Assembly (NCBI GenBank): GCA_012295275.1
Contig: CM022677.1
Span: forward strand, 27,776,001 to 27,840,000
Reading direction: 5' to 3'
Origin: Chrysomallon squamiferum
Lineage: Eukaryota; Animalia; Mollusca
DNA length: 64,000 nucleotides
Shown here: piece after piece, positions 29,015 to 43,152 of the stretch
Layout: each line of letters opens with the position of its first letter
Numbering within the stretch: the stretch's first letter is position 1
Translations under genes and position numbers: made by a program
Notes under the pieces: model-generated
The model's input: only the letters and a program-made list of their open reading frames with translations
What the model was told of the DNA's origin: nothing
The model's database searches: none

Positions 29015-29188
29015 GCGCGTCGAAGTCGGGCGAATGGCTGAGCTGGGAGAGGTCGACGAGGTCAGGTTGTCTGGTCACGTGCTACCAGATGGTGGCGGAG
29101 AAACGGAAGTGCGCAAGGGGGGCCTTCTGCGTGGGGCTGGAACAGAAGACGTTTTTCGTCAAGTGCAGCGGAGACCTATGTGTGAATT
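29015..29188 (+). CDS. Gene A exon 8: TSR5 (ASKSGEWLSWERSTRSGCLVTCYQMVAEKRKCARGAFCVGLEQKTFFVKCSGDLCVN)
   Basis: gattgcag| and T|gtaatg, 174 nt phase 1-1. Confidence 0.88.
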
Positions 29189-30067
29189 GTAATGAAATGT
29201 GCACATATTAAAATTTAAAATTTAAAAAAAAAAAAAATTAAAAAAAAAATTAAAAGAAATTTTTAAAAAATTAAAAAAAATATTTATATCGTAAATTTAA
29301 AAAAAAAATTTTTTTTTTTTTTTTTTTATATCGTGCCCGTAAATTTAAAACAAATAAATAAAAAATAAAAATAAAAATAGCTGTAGTAGACGCAGTAGGC
29401 GTAGTAGTAGTAGTAGTAGTAGTAGTAGTAATAGGTGAAGAAAGGCTATCATTTTGTAATGACGTCGTAGTAGTAGCAGTAGTTGCAGGAGCAGTAACAG
29501 TAGTGGTAGTAATAGTAGTAGCAGTAGCAGCAGTAGTCGACGGTAGTAGAATTAGTAAGCAGTAGTAGTAGTATAAGTAGTAGAGTAGTAGTAGTAGTAG
29601 ATGTAGTGGTAGAAGTACTAGTGATAGTACTAGCAGTAGTAGTATAAGTAGTGGTAATAGTATAAGTAGTAGTAGTATAAGTAGTAATAGTAGTAATAGA
29701 TAAAACAGCACTAGTAGAAGAAGTAGTAACCTTACAGAAAGAGCAGTAATAGTGGAAGTAGTAACACTAGCAATAGTGATAACAGATGTTGTGGTAGAAG
29801 TAGTAGTATTTATAATAGTATCAATGCTAGTATCATTGATAATAGGTGTAGTAGCATGAGTAGTGATAAAACTTTTAGTGGTGATTTTAGTAGTAGCTGT
29901 AGTTGAAATCCTGCATGTAAACAGTCATACCTGCTAATACATATATGTTCGTTTATTATTTTGGTATGAATTGTAGTAGTCGTAGTGGTCGTAGAAGCAG
30001 TAGTTGTTGTAATAATATTAATTTTAATTTATTTTATAGTGTTTTGTTATTGTTGCTGTTGTTGTTG

Positions 30068-30132
<65 letters not shown>

Positions 30133-30235
30133 GTTACTACTATTATTCTTATTCTTATTCTTATTCTTATCATTATTATTATTTGTATTATTATTATTCT
30201 TATCATTATTATTATTTGTATTATTATCATTATTA

Positions 30236-30269
<34 letters not shown>

Positions 30270-30839
30270 AACGTTTCCTAACAAAATGAAAATCTCTTTT
30301 CATCTTTCTAATTTTATTTTCTTGACTACCGGTTGTAGTACTTGTAACAGTTGTTGTGATGGCTGTTGTTGTAGCTGAAATTGCAGTTGTAGTGGATGAT
30401 GTACTGGAATGCCTGTGTTTGTTGCAACAATAGCAGTGATGGCTGGTTTGCACTAGTAGTGGTGGCCGTAATGGTAGTCGTTGTAGAAGATATAATGGTA
30501 ATTGTAGTAGTACTGGTAGTGGTAGCTACAGTTTCAGTTAACTGTAGTAGTTCTTGTAGTAGTTGCAGTCGTAATTGTAGTTGTCATCGAAGTAGCAGTG
30601 GCTGAAATTGTAGACGCTGTGGCAGGTGCTGTAGTTGTCATGTAGTTAGTAGTAGTAGTTATTGTAGTAGTGGTAGATGTAGTAGTAGTTGTTGTAATAG
30701 TAATGGTAGATGTAGTAGTAGTTGTAATCATGATGGTGGTGGAGTGGGAAGTATCGGGGTAGAGGTAAAAAAAGAAGGTTGTAACTAAAACTAGCCAGTA
30801 ATTCAGTTTATCAACCAGAAATTTGTATTTTTACTTCAG

Positions 30840-30857
30840 TGCATAACAGAGTGATAG
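30840..30857 (+). CDS. Gene A exon 9: 18-nt microexon (LHNRVI-G)
   Basis: tttttacttcag|TGCATAACAGAGTGATAG|gtgagt. Confidence 0.8.
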
Positions 30858-30918
30858 GTGAGTCATTTTAATCTTCTTTATTTATTTATTTATTTATTTA
30901 TTTATTGTTTTATTGTTT

Positions 30919-30952
<34 letters not shown>

Positions 30953-31968
30953 GCTTTCTGTTGTCTTCTGAAGAATCGTATTGCCTAAAGTTGAAAAGTG
31001 TGTAAGAAAATAACTAAAAACAAACAATCAAACAAATAAATAAATAAACAAATAAATAAATAAATAAATAAATAAATAAACAAACAAACAAATAAACAAA
31101 CAAATAAATAAATAAATAAATAAACGGACACACATAGACATAAGGACACGTATTAAACACATGTAGACATAATACAATTATTATTACTATTGCTGTTGTT
31201 GTTTTGTTTTGTAGTTGTTGCTTTTCTGTCGTCATCGTTGCAATCTTCATCATCACTAGCGTTGCTGCTTGCCTTTTTGTTGTTTTTATTGTCTTGCTAT
31301 AACCTGTTGTTGATATTCTTGCTTTTTTTTATTGCTCTCTTTGTATTATTTTTGCTCGATTTCCTTTCGTTTATACAATAATATTATTACTATTTTTATT
31401 TATTTATTTATTTGTTTATTTATTTATTTATTTACTTACTTACTTACTTACTTATTTATTATTTGATTAATTTACTTAATTATTTATTTGTCTATTTTTT
31501 CTCTGTTTATTTATTTTTTATTAATTTACTTACTTATTTCATTTATTTGTTTATTTAATATTTATTTATTTATTATTTTATTTATTTATTTATTTATTTA
31601 TGTATTTATTTATTTATTTGTTTATTTATTTATGTATTTATATATTTATTTATTTATTTATTTATTTATTATATTTATTTATGTATTTATTTATTTATAT
31701 ATTTATGTATTTATATATATATTTATTTATTTATTTATTATTTATTTATTATTTATTTATTTGTTTTTATTTATTTATTTATTTATTATATTTCTTTATG
31801 TATTTATTTATTTATTTATATATTTATATATTTATGTATTTATATATATATTTATTTATTTATTTATTATTTATTTTTATTTATTTTATATATATTTTTA
31901 TTTATATATTTATTTATTTATTTATTTATTTATTATTTATTTATTTATTTATGTATTTCTACTGGCAG

Positions 31969-32130
31969 GTACGTGGTCGGGGTGGAAGTTTCGCTACGCC
32001 AGCAACGCCTGCAGTAAGAAATGTCGCAGCAGAATTGTCAAAGTGCGAAGCTGTACACACAACAATTCTTGTTCCGGCCGGTATAAAGGAAGACTGGTTG
32101 TCAGATGTACTGGAGGGCGCTGTCCTAATT
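31969..32130 (+). CDS. Gene A exon 10: TSR6 (GTWSGWKFRYASNACSKKCRSRIVKVRSCTHNNSCSGRYKGRLVVRCTGGRCPN)
   Basis: ctactggcag| and T|gtacgt, 162 nt; 21/54 identical to the last TSR of gene B by manual alignment. Confidence 0.9.
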
Positions 32131-33011
32131 GTACGTTACATGCTACTACTACTGCAACTACTACCACTACTACTACTGCAACTACTACTATTACTACCAC
32201 TGCAACTACTGCAACTACTACCACAACTACTACAACTGCAACTACTTTTACTGCTACTACTACCACTACTACTAATTCAACAACTACTACAACTACTACT
32301 ACTGCAACTACTACCACTACTACCACAACTACTACTACTGCAACTACTTTCACTACTACTACTACCACTACTACTAATTCAACAACTACTACCACTACTA
32401 CTACTACAACCAATACTACTAATACTGTTGCTACTGCTACAATTATCACAACACCAGAACTATTACTACTACTACTACTACTATTAGCACTATTATCATT
32501 ACTACTACAACTACTATTACTACTACTACTACCGCTATTACTAGTTACTGCTACAACTATTGCTAATATCTACTAGTACTACTAGAACTACTGCTACAAT
32601 TACTATGACTACTAAAACTACTACTGCTACTACTACCACTACTGGTGCTACTACACCTACTATTACTAATACTACTACTATTACTAGTACTACTACTATT
32701 TCTATTATCTCAGCTAATATTACTATTTTACTACTGCTACAAATACCACCATACTACAACCACTTCTAATACTACTACGACTGCTGCTAAAACTACTATT
32801 ACCACGACTGTCTCAGCTACTACTACTACTACTATTACTTCTGCTTTGTCTCTACTATTACTATTATTATTCCTATTTTGTGCAGCACACATACCATCCA
32901 TCTATACTATCTATAAAACTAATCTATGTATCTATCTATATTTATATATATATATATCTTATATATATTTAATTTTTTTTTTTTTTTTTTTTCTATTTTT
33001 GTACATTTTAG

Positions 33012-33043
33012 CTATAGACGAAGTTTTCAAACAGAGATATTAA
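33012..33043 (+). CDS. Gene A terminal coding exon (SIDEVFKQRY*)
   Basis: gtacattttag| after a long pyrimidine tract; DEVFK resembles AELFK in the gene B terminal exon. Confidence 0.65.
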
Positions 33044-33367
33044 AGATTGTACAGAGTCTATAATTATTGCGAATTCATTAACCTTTGTGGTTCTGTTTTA
33101 TTGCACGATTATAACGATTTGATTTAACTTTGACATTTTTTTATTCCTGTTCTTTCTGGCCATATCTTCACCATATTTCTGTGTTCAGCAAACGAAGAGC
33201 CCATTTTTATCCGAAGAAACATTCTCTTTGAAAAACGTACACAGTCAGAGAAACACACATACGCACACGTACAGTCATTATACAAACATACATGTTCACA
33301 ACGTGCAATCTCTGGTGTAGTAGGACACACAAATACAGGCACGTGCGCATACACACACAAACACACA

Positions 33368-33433
<66 letters not shown>

Positions 33434-33579
33434 CATATGCGATTTCTTTCTGTTTAACATTGAAAGATACTAAACAAAAATTAAACTGATGGAAACTTAG
33501 CAAGAACAAACAAATTAAACGTGTTTAAAATGAGCCATTTATTGACCTGTACGTTCTGTTCGTTTGTCAACTCCATGCT

Positions 33580-33587
33580 TCACTTGT
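33580..33587 (-). CDS. Gene C terminal coding exon (HK*)
   Basis: ttatttacttag|AC AAG TGA, with AATAAA at 33538-33543 on the minus strand. Confidence 0.55.
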
Positions 33588-33732
33588 CTAAGTAAATAAA
33601 TAAACAAATAAATAAATAACAACAACAACAGTGATAAGATGATGATACTATTACTACTACTACTACTACTACTACCACTAATAATAATAATAATAATAGT
33701 AATAATAATAATAATAAAAATAATAATAATAA

Positions 33733-33763
<31 letters not shown>

Positions 33764-34110
33764 AAGAAGAAGAAGAAGAAGAAGAAGAATAAGAAGAAGA
33801 AGAACAAACACAACAGTAATAATAATAATAATATGAAGAAGAAGAAGAAGAAGAAGAAGAACAACAACAACAACAACAATAATAATAATAATATAATGAT
33901 AATTATAATAAGAATAGGAAGAACAACAACAACGACAACAACAACAACAACAACAATAATAATAATAATAATATAATAATAATAAAAAAAAATAATAAGA
34001 AGAAAGAACAACAACAACAACTACTACTACAACAACAACAATAATAGTAACAACAACTGACTGCCACTACTACGACTACCACCACTGCTGCTGCTGCTAC
34101 CACAGTGTAC

Positions 34111-34272
34111 GTTTTCGACAAGCTCCTCCTGTGCAGCTTCCCCAGACTTTCATATGTCGTATTCCGATGCACGAGTCTCTCACGATGCACTCGCGGATGT
34201 AGGTTTTGACTACCCGGCAGTCCGTGTTGCACAGCTTCTTGTAGTAATACCTCTGCCACGGCGACCACGATC
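34111..34272 (-). CDS. Gene C exon 4: TSR-b (GSWSPWQRYYYKKLCNTDCRVVKTYIRECIVRDSCIGIRHMKVWGSCTGGACRK)
   Basis: tttctcacag| and C|gtacac, 162 nt phase 1-1. Confidence 0.88.
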
Positions 34273-34546
34273 CTGTGAGAAACGTGAGAAGCGTGAGACA
34301 TCCGAGCAGAGTGAGATAGATGAGAAAGGTTGAGAAAGGTTGAGAAATGTGAGACGTCTGAGGAGTGTTCGAAAAATGAGAAATGTGAGAAAAGTTGAGA
34401 AATGCTATGAAAGTGAGAGAGGTTGGAAATGTGAGAAATCAGAGATTAGTGACAAATGTGAGAAAAGTGGGAAACGTGAGAAATGAGAGAAAGTTTTGGA
34501 AATTTATAACTGTGAGAATTGACTGAATCAGTTAAACTTATTTGTA

Positions 34547-34644
<98 letters not shown>

Positions 34645-34673
34645 CGTTCTTTTTCTTTTTCTTCACCACCTAC

Positions 34674-34697
34674 CGAGAACCATAATCTTCGATCGAT
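34674..34697 (-). CDS. Gene C exon 3: 24-nt linker microexon (YRSKIMVL-G)
   Basis: aattaatttacag|ATCGATCGAAGATTATGGTTCTCG|gtaggt; required to avoid a T|GA stop between exons 2 and 4. Confidence 0.78.
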
Positions 34698-34734
34698 CTG
34701 TAAATTAATTATTTTTGTTTTAAAAACTACTACT

Positions 34735-35920
34735 ATTACCACTAATATATACAACAAATTCATATACTGTTACCACTAACATATACAACTACTTCATATC
34801 CTGTTACCACTAACATATACAACTACTTCATATCCTGTTATCACTAGCATATACAACTACTTCATGTACTGTTACCACTAACATATACAACTACTTCACA
34901 TACTGTTACCACACACATATACAACAAATTCATATCCTGTTACCACTAACATATACAACTACTTCATATCCTGTTATCACTAACATATACAACTACTTCA
35001 TATACTGTTACCACTAGCATTACAACTACTTCATATACTGTTACCACTAGCATTACAACTACTTCATGTACTGTTACCACTAACATATACAACTACTTCA
35101 TGTACTGTTACCACACACATATACAACAAATTCATATCCTGTTACCACTAACATATACAACTACTTCATATCATGTTATCACTAGCATTACAACTACTTC
35201 ATATAATGTTACCACTAGCATTACAACTACTTCATGTACTGTTACCACTAACATATACAACTAATTCATATACTGTTACCACTAACATATACAAATACTT
35301 CATATCCTGTTACCACTAGCATTACAACTACTTCATATCCTGTTATCACTAACATATACAACTACTTCACATACTGTTACCACACACATATACAACAAAT
35401 TCATATCCTGTTACCACTAGCATTACAACTACTTCATATACTGTTACCACTAGAATTACAACTACTTCATGTACTGTTACCACTAACATATACAACTATT
35501 TCATATACTGTTACCACTAGCATTACAACTACTTCGTGTACTGTTGCCACTAACATATACAACTACTTCATATAATGTTACCACTAACATATACAACTAC
35601 TTCATATACTGTTACCACTAGCATTACAACTACTTCATATACTGTTACCACTAACATATACAACTACTTCATATACTGTTTACACTAACATTACAACTAC
35701 TTCATATGCTGTTACCACTAGCATTACAACTACTTCATATACTTTTACCACTAACATATACAACTACTTCATATATTGTTACCACTAACATATACAACTA
35801 CTTCATATACTGTTACCACTAACATATACAACTACTTCGCCTACTGTTTACACTAACATTACAACTACTTTATATACTGTTACCACTAGCATTACAACTA
35901 CTTCATATACTTTTACCACT
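34735..35920. repeat. 32-34-bp minisatellite (actgttaccactaacatatacaactacttcatat), ~35 units
   Basis: Directly visible head-to-tail units. Confidence 0.92.
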
Positions 35921-36460
35921 TCACCTACTGTTATTACTCTTTCTACACTAAGGTTACTAATGCTACCACCCACTACTACTACTACAACTACTGCTACTTC
36001 TACTACTACTATTACAATTACTTTTACTACCACCACTGCTACAACAATTTACTAATACTATTGTTTTTCTACTACTACTGCTGCGGCTAGTGTTAATACT
36101 ACTACTATTTATACTTTAAGACTATCACTACTGCAGTCCAAATAATACTACTAGTAATAGGACTACTTCTACTACCACTACTGCATATACTTACTGCTAC
36201 CACCACTGTTGCTTTTACTATAACTATTGCTGGTAATTTTACTGATATCTATATCACTACCACAGCTACGACTACTACTACTACTACTACTACGACTACT
36301 ACTACTATTACTACTACTACTACTACTACTACTACTATTTAAATAGTACCCTTTCATCTCCTATTACAACAGCTACTACTATTACTACTACTACTACTAC
36401 TACGTCTCTTCAAATAGTACCCTTTCATCTCCTATTACAACAGCTACTACTACTACTACA

Positions 36461-36495
<35 letters not shown>

Positions 36496-36600
36496 GTCTC
36501 TTCAAACAGTACCCGTTCATCTCCTATTACAACTTTCGACACTGCTTACGACACTGCTCCAACTACCTCTACCACGACGACTCCCCTAGCCGTCACTTAC

Positions 36601-36771
36601 ACGGGTTGCATATCCCGTCCTGGCACGGCTCCACGGTGTCTTTGACGTAGCCGCCCGTGCACGTCGTTCTGCCGCTGCGGATGCACTCTCGCACCAGCGT
36701 CCTCCGCCTGTGACAGTTCGAGTGGCAGGGCGACGAGTCCTGGAAGAACCATTCGCTCCACCTCGCTTCAG
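36601..36771 (-). CDS. Gene C exon 2: TSR-a (AEARWSEWFFQDSSPCHSNCHRRRTLVRECIRSGRTTCTGGYVKDTVEPCQDGICNP)
   Basis: tgtgtctctcag| and T|gtaagt, 171 nt; paralogous to gene D exon 2 (TLVR.C, KD, CQ.G.CNP). Confidence 0.9.
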
Positions 36772-36939
36772 CTGAGAGACACAACACACAGTGATCACTG
36801 CGCGAATACAATTCCGTCTGTCTGTGTGTGCATGTTTTTGTGTGGTGTGTGTGTGTTTGTGTGTGTGTGTGTTTGCGTGTGTGCATGTTTGTGTGTGTGG
36901 TTGTGTGTGTGTTTTTGTGTGTTTGTGTGTGCATGTTTG

Positions 36940-36972
<33 letters not shown>

Positions 36973-37141
36973 TTGTGTGTGTTTGTGTGTGTGTGCGTTT
37001 GTGTGTTTGTTTGTGTGTGTGTGTGCGTGTTTGTGTGTTTGTGTGATTATGATTTATTTATTTATATGTTCGTTTAATGCTTTATTTGTTATTCTCGTTC
37101 TTATTGTCTTTATTTTTTGTTGTATCTATCTACCTATGTGC

Positions 37142-37400
<259 letters not shown>

Positions 37401-37770
37401 TGTCTATATATCTGTCTGTCTGTCTATCTAAAATAAACCCATTTTTGAACAGTATTATTAAACATATTTTCATCTTGAAATTCAATTTTCTTTGTGTGTT
37501 TCCTTTCTCTATCGGCCACTTCGTTCAGAGATTAACAATTTATCAGTTCAGTGAATCGCATAGATAAATATCTCAGTATTTAGATAAAATGAAAAAAAAA
37601 GAGTATGGAAACAGTTTATAGACTGTGTAGTATATACAAATACACCGATGCATACACACAGATACGCACACATATATTCATACATACATACATAAATATA
37701 TGAAACAGACATATAAAGAGGCGTTATGCATCTATAAATACATAAACATGCATATAAACGTACACATGTG

Positions 37771-37817
<47 letters not shown>

Positions 37818-37856
37818 TATGTAGCCATCATATGTATGTATGTGTGTGTGGCTTTA

Positions 37857-37989
<133 letters not shown>

Positions 37990-38176
37990 ATATATTTCTA
38001 TATATATGATTTCATGTCAGTTTTATCTATTATATTAATGCTTGGTTAAATACTGTTTTATCTCCTGTTATCTCTGTAATACTGCTGCTACTGTTTATAA
38101 CACTAATAACAAGTACAACATAAATAAACAAACTGGAACCTAGGAAGTAACCAGAACAAAACATGTATATACAAAC

Positions 38177-38216
38177 CGACAGTGAAGAGACAGAGAATAG
38201 CAATTAGTGAAAACAT
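38177..38216 (-). CDS. Gene C exon 1: signal peptide (MFSLIAILCLFTV-A)
   Basis: ATG...GTC G|gtttgt; joins exon 2 to give MFSLIAILCLFTVAEA-RWSEW with an A-x-A cleavage motif. Confidence 0.75.
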
Positions 38217-38300
38217 TTCCACTCCGAGGAAAACGTGAAATATTATCTTCGATTCTTCTTTGACGTTCGCAGAGCTTTTTTGTTCCTTGTGTTAAATTGC

Positions 38301-38309
38301 TATATATAA
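38301..38309 (-). promoter_or_regulatory. Candidate TATA box of gene C
   Basis: Isolated TTATATATA about 85 nt upstream of the ATG in non-repetitive sequence. Confidence 0.4.
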
Positions 38310-38486
38310 CTACACAAGTCCGGCACGTGATTGCAAAGCCAGATGTGTTTTGTATTTGTATTTTTTTTTTAACTCTTCCATTCTGTGTATTTAATATTTA
38401 ATTTGATTTATTCTGTTCTGTAAAATAAATTCACGACAAAAAAAAAAAGAAGAAGCAAGTAATGAATTATATATGTGTATGTATGT

Positions 38487-38590
38487 AGTTTAGGATGTTT
38501 GAATATTCTCTGATCTTATGTACGTCTGAATAGACTCTGCACGTAGACAATGTTATGGAACGCACTGGCGCAGGAGGACAAAGTCCAATT
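38487..38590 (-). mobile_element. 5'-truncated SINE copy
   Basis: Matches the 3' half of the copies at 39500-39710 and 40736-40970. Confidence 0.65.
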
Positions 38591-38592
38591 AC

Positions 38593-38625
<33 letters not shown>

Positions 38626-38795
38626 CATGTATGCATGTGTGCGTGGATATAAAATGTATGTATGCATAATATCATTGTGTTTAATGTAGATGTTATCAAT
38701 TAAATACAGAATGTTTATAAACATGACGTGTTAATAGCTCATTTTATGAACAAAATAAATAAATATTTGAATCGTTGAAAATAAACCAGAATTAT

Positions 38796-38873
<78 letters not shown>

Positions 38874-38894
38874 TATTGTCTTTAAATTATTAAC

Positions 38895-38958
<64 letters not shown>

Positions 38959-39039
38959 ATAGTAGACGTAGTCGTAGTAACAGTAACATACACAACTGCA
39001 GTAATGGCAGTAGGTATAGAATAGTGGGCCTACTAGAAA

Positions 39040-39078
<39 letters not shown>

Positions 39079-39499
39079 CAGTAGTAGTAGTAGTATTTTT
39101 AACGTATTTATTAAAAGAAAACTGGAAATCTGGTTTCAATACTGCATCGTTAAAGAAGTTATATAAAATACTGATTAACACACTTAGTATCTAAAGAAAC
39201 CTAGTTGATTAACATTTGTTCTTCTCAGTTAAGCTATGATACACCTCTTTGAAGCTGATATTCTGTAGACGGACAGAATAACACTTATAAACTCTACTGA
39301 ACAGTTTTGCAAAACAACAGCCAAATAGCAGTAATTCTCTTAGTCGTTCTAATGAAACCCTGTTTTCTTATGTAATTATTAGAAGGTCACAGAGATATCG
39401 TTTGTATGTATGTTCTAGGTATTTACGTATATGTATGTATGTGTGTATGTGTGTGTGTATATGTGTGTATGTGTGTATGTACGTGTGTATGCATATATA

Positions 39500-39710
39500 A
39501 TGTTTAGGATTTTGAATATTCTCTGTCTTATGTACGTCTGAATAGACTCTGCACACAGACAATATTCGGGAACGCACTGGCGCAGGAGGACAAAGTCCAA
39601 TGATGACCTCACAAACCTGTAAGATGCCGCTGATGAGACTCGAACGTATGACACCCAATAGCCGGCACGCCGAAGGCGGATGACGTTACCGTTCAGTCAT
39701 CAAGAAAACC
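39500..39710 (-). mobile_element. tRNA-derived SINE
   Basis: A-box-like TGACTGAACGG, B box GTTCGAGTC, conserved body and (TACA)n-type tail; three copies in the window. Confidence 0.65.
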
Positions 39711-40735
39711 TTGTTTGTATCTCCTTTTATAGGTTCGTGTATGTGTCTGTGTGTACATATGTGTGTGTGTACATGTGTGTATCTGTCCATGTGTTTATAA
39801 GTGTTTTTCTGTGTGTGTATATGTGTATGTAATTATTATTATTATTATTTTTTTTTATGAATATCTGGTTACGATAACGTCTAAACTACATTATTACACC
39901 TTAATAATGCAGTTTGTAAACAGTGTTTATGAAGTCAGATAAAATACAGGTGGCTTTTTAAATTAGATTACGTTCCAATGCAACACATCGTTCGACAATA
40001 AAATAACAAAAACATATTGAAATTGTGAAAAAAAATTCTTAATCCGTATTCTTGTTGGGTTTTTTTAATTTAATTTAATTTATAAATTTATTTTACATGT
40101 TTAATATATATTTATATATCAGTGAATATGCTTACTTTTGACAGTCGCTTACAAAAACACATACGGCTTGAATAATAAACAGACAAATAAAACATAAAAA
40201 TAAATAAATAAATAAATAATATACAGATAAATGAACAAATATATATTATCTTTATTTTAGTTTAAATATATATATATTTAAACTAAAATAAAGACATGCT
40301 AAAGTTTGGTATATACCTACATATATACATAAACACATGCATACACACATATATACATACATACACATACACACACACATACATACACACATATATACAT
40401 ATATACATACATACATATATACATACACTCATAGACACACACACATACATACATACACACATACATACATACACACACATACACACACATACATACACAC
40501 ACATACATACACACACATACATACATACACACACACATACATACATACATACACACACATACATACACACACATACACATACATACATACATACACACAT
40601 ACATACATACATACATACATACATACATACATACATACATACATACATACATACATACAAACAAAAGAAATAGGTGCACGGTGTACTTCGTGTGAAGTGA
40701 TGATTACCTCGGTTATTGAGCAACATTTTATTCAC

Positions 40736-40970
40736 AGTTGTTTTGACGACCGAACGTTAACATCGTCCGCCTTCGGAGTGCGGGCGAATGGGTGTCATAC
40801 GTTCGAGTCTCGTCAACGGCATCTGACGGGTTTGTGAGGTCATCATTGGCCTTTGTCCTCCTGCGCCAGTGCGTTCCCGAATATTGTCTATGTGTAGAGT
40901 CTAATCAGACGTAGTACATAAGACAGAGCATATTCAAAATCCTAAAATACATACATACATACACATATAT
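40736..40970 (+). mobile_element. tRNA-derived SINE, inverted relative to the 39500 copy
   Basis: B box GTTCGAGTC at 40801-40809; body nearly identical to the reverse complement of 39500-39690; (CATA)n tail. Confidence 0.65.
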
Positions 40971-40971
40971 A

Positions 40972-41378
40972 AAGTACTCGTAGACACATTTGTAAGTGCA
41001 CTCAGCAACGTACTCATTAATGTGCTTATAAACGTACTCGTAAAGATGTTCGTAAACGTACTCGTAAAGGTGTTTGTAAACGAACTCGTAAAGGTGTTCG
41101 TAAACGAACTCGTAAAGATGTTCGTAAACGTACTCGTTAATGTGCTTATAAACGTACTCGTAAAGATGTTCGTAAACGTACTCGTAAAGATGTTCGTAGA
41201 CGTACTCGTTAATGTGCTTATAAACGTACTCGTAAAGGTGTTCGTAGACGTACTCGTAAAGATGTCCGTAAACGTACTCGTTAATGTCCTTATAAACGAA
41301 CTCGTAAAGGTGTCCGTAAACATACTCGTTAATGTCCTTATAAACGTACTCGTAAAGATGTTCGTAAACGTACTCGAA
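40972..41378. repeat. 24-bp minisatellite (taaacgtactcgtaaagatgttcg)
   Basis: Directly visible. Confidence 0.9.
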
Positions 41379-41695
41379 ATTTCTACAGTAATCGTAAAGA
41401 AATGGATTCCAGTTTTAACGAAGTCTTAGGAGTGTTAAGAAAACGGTGAATCCTAAACACCACTTTACAAGACAAAGATAGTCGTAACACAACATTGTCT
41501 TAACAGTCCCATCAGAACACGAAGTTCTATCAGTCATAACCACTTAGCCTTTGTCTTCTCTGATTGCAGTTTCTTGTTTCTTCTTCTTCTTCTTCTTCTT
41601 CTTCTTCTTCTTCTTCTTCTTCTTCTTCTTCTTCTTCTTCTTCTTCTTCTTCTTCTTCTTCTTCTTCTCATTCTCATTATTATTATTATTATTAT

Positions 41696-41755
<60 letters not shown>

Positions 41756-42570
41756 CAGTATTTTCTATATATTTGTGTTATTTATGTTTGCCTCGTTTTC
41801 TTTTGCTTGTTTTTCCGAAGGTTTTTCATTCATTTATTACTTTTGATAATATAAAAGAAAACGAAGAAAAGATAGTGCATTTTAAAATATATATCGTCAG
41901 TTTCTTTCATCACACTCACACACGTACGCACGCACACACGCACATATATATATATATCCACTTATCTAACTTTGTCTGTGTGTGTATGTCTCTATGTTTC
42001 TGTTTTCGTTATCTTTCAATCAGTTCATCTTTCTCTCTGTCTACCTATCTATCTATCTGTCTATCTCTCTATGTCCCTACGTATCTATATATCACTCTAA
42101 CAATATCTATCTTTCTTTCTGCCTATATCTGTCTATCTGTCTATTTATTCCTTTTGTAATTACAAAGAACCTGCAGTGTACATTATTACTAACATAATAA
42201 TATAAAAATACTGAGCAACTCAAAATCTCAACAAACAAATCAACAGACAAACAAACAGACAAACAATCAATCAAACAGATAGATAAATAAAAAAAAATTA
42301 ACCAATAAATAAACAAATAATCAAAGAAACAAAAATACATTCATTCATACATACATACATACAGACATACATACATACATACATACATACATACAAACAT
42401 ACATACATACATACATGGATAACTAAACAAATAAGTAAATAAATAAATTAATAGTAATAGTAATTCTGTAATGAAATAAAACTAGGAAGAGTAGAGAAAA
42501 AAAAGGATTTATTTCTCTCAACATTAAAAAATAAAAAACGACTGTGAGGGAAAATATTCAGGAAAGGCCC

Positions 42571-42611
42571 CTAAGCATGATCTGAGTTCAGTTTAAAAAG
42601 TTCTGCAGAAA
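42571..42611 (-). CDS. Gene B terminal coding exon (FSAELFKLNSDHA*)
   Basis: tttgttgtttcag| in phase 1; similar to the gene A C-terminus. Confidence 0.65.
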
Positions 42612-42835
42612 CTGAAACAACAAAACAAAGTAATGATTACACACACGCGCACACACACGCACGCACGCACACACACACGCACGCACGCGCACACACACAG
42701 CAACACACACACATATGGAACCTATTGTAATCATATTATCATCATTATTATTATTATTACTATTTAAAAGAAATAAAAAATTATTACTATTTATTTATTT
42801 TTATTTATTCAAATTTGTATTACTATTATTATTAT

Positions 42836-42885
<50 letters not shown>

Positions 42886-42988
42886 TTGTTGTTGTTGTAG
42901 TTATTCTTATTGCTAGTGTTGTTGTTATCATTAATACAATCATTATCATCATCATCATCATCATCATTATTATTACTATTATACGTAC

Positions 42989-43150
42989 ATTTCGGGCACG
43001 AACCTCCCGTGCATTTCACGATGATCTTGCGCGCGTGGGTCCCCGCGCACGTGTTGTGCGGCTTGCAGACACGTGACTGGTAGAGTTTACTCTTACACTC
43101 AGAGTTGCACGAGTCCGACGTGTACCGTGACGTCCACACGCCCCACTGAC
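42989..43150 (-). CDS. Gene B TSR6 exon (GQWGVWTSRYTSDSCNSECKSKLYQSRVCKPHNTCAGTHARKIIVKCTGGSCPK)
   Basis: gttgctag| and T|gtacgt, 162 nt. Confidence 0.9.
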
Positions 43151-43152
43151 CT

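Noticed and set aside
42160-42170. Alternative terminal exon for gene B (cactgcag|GT TCT TTG TAA)
   Set aside because: It would add an unpaired Cys and lacks similarity to the gene A tail, unlike 42611-42571.
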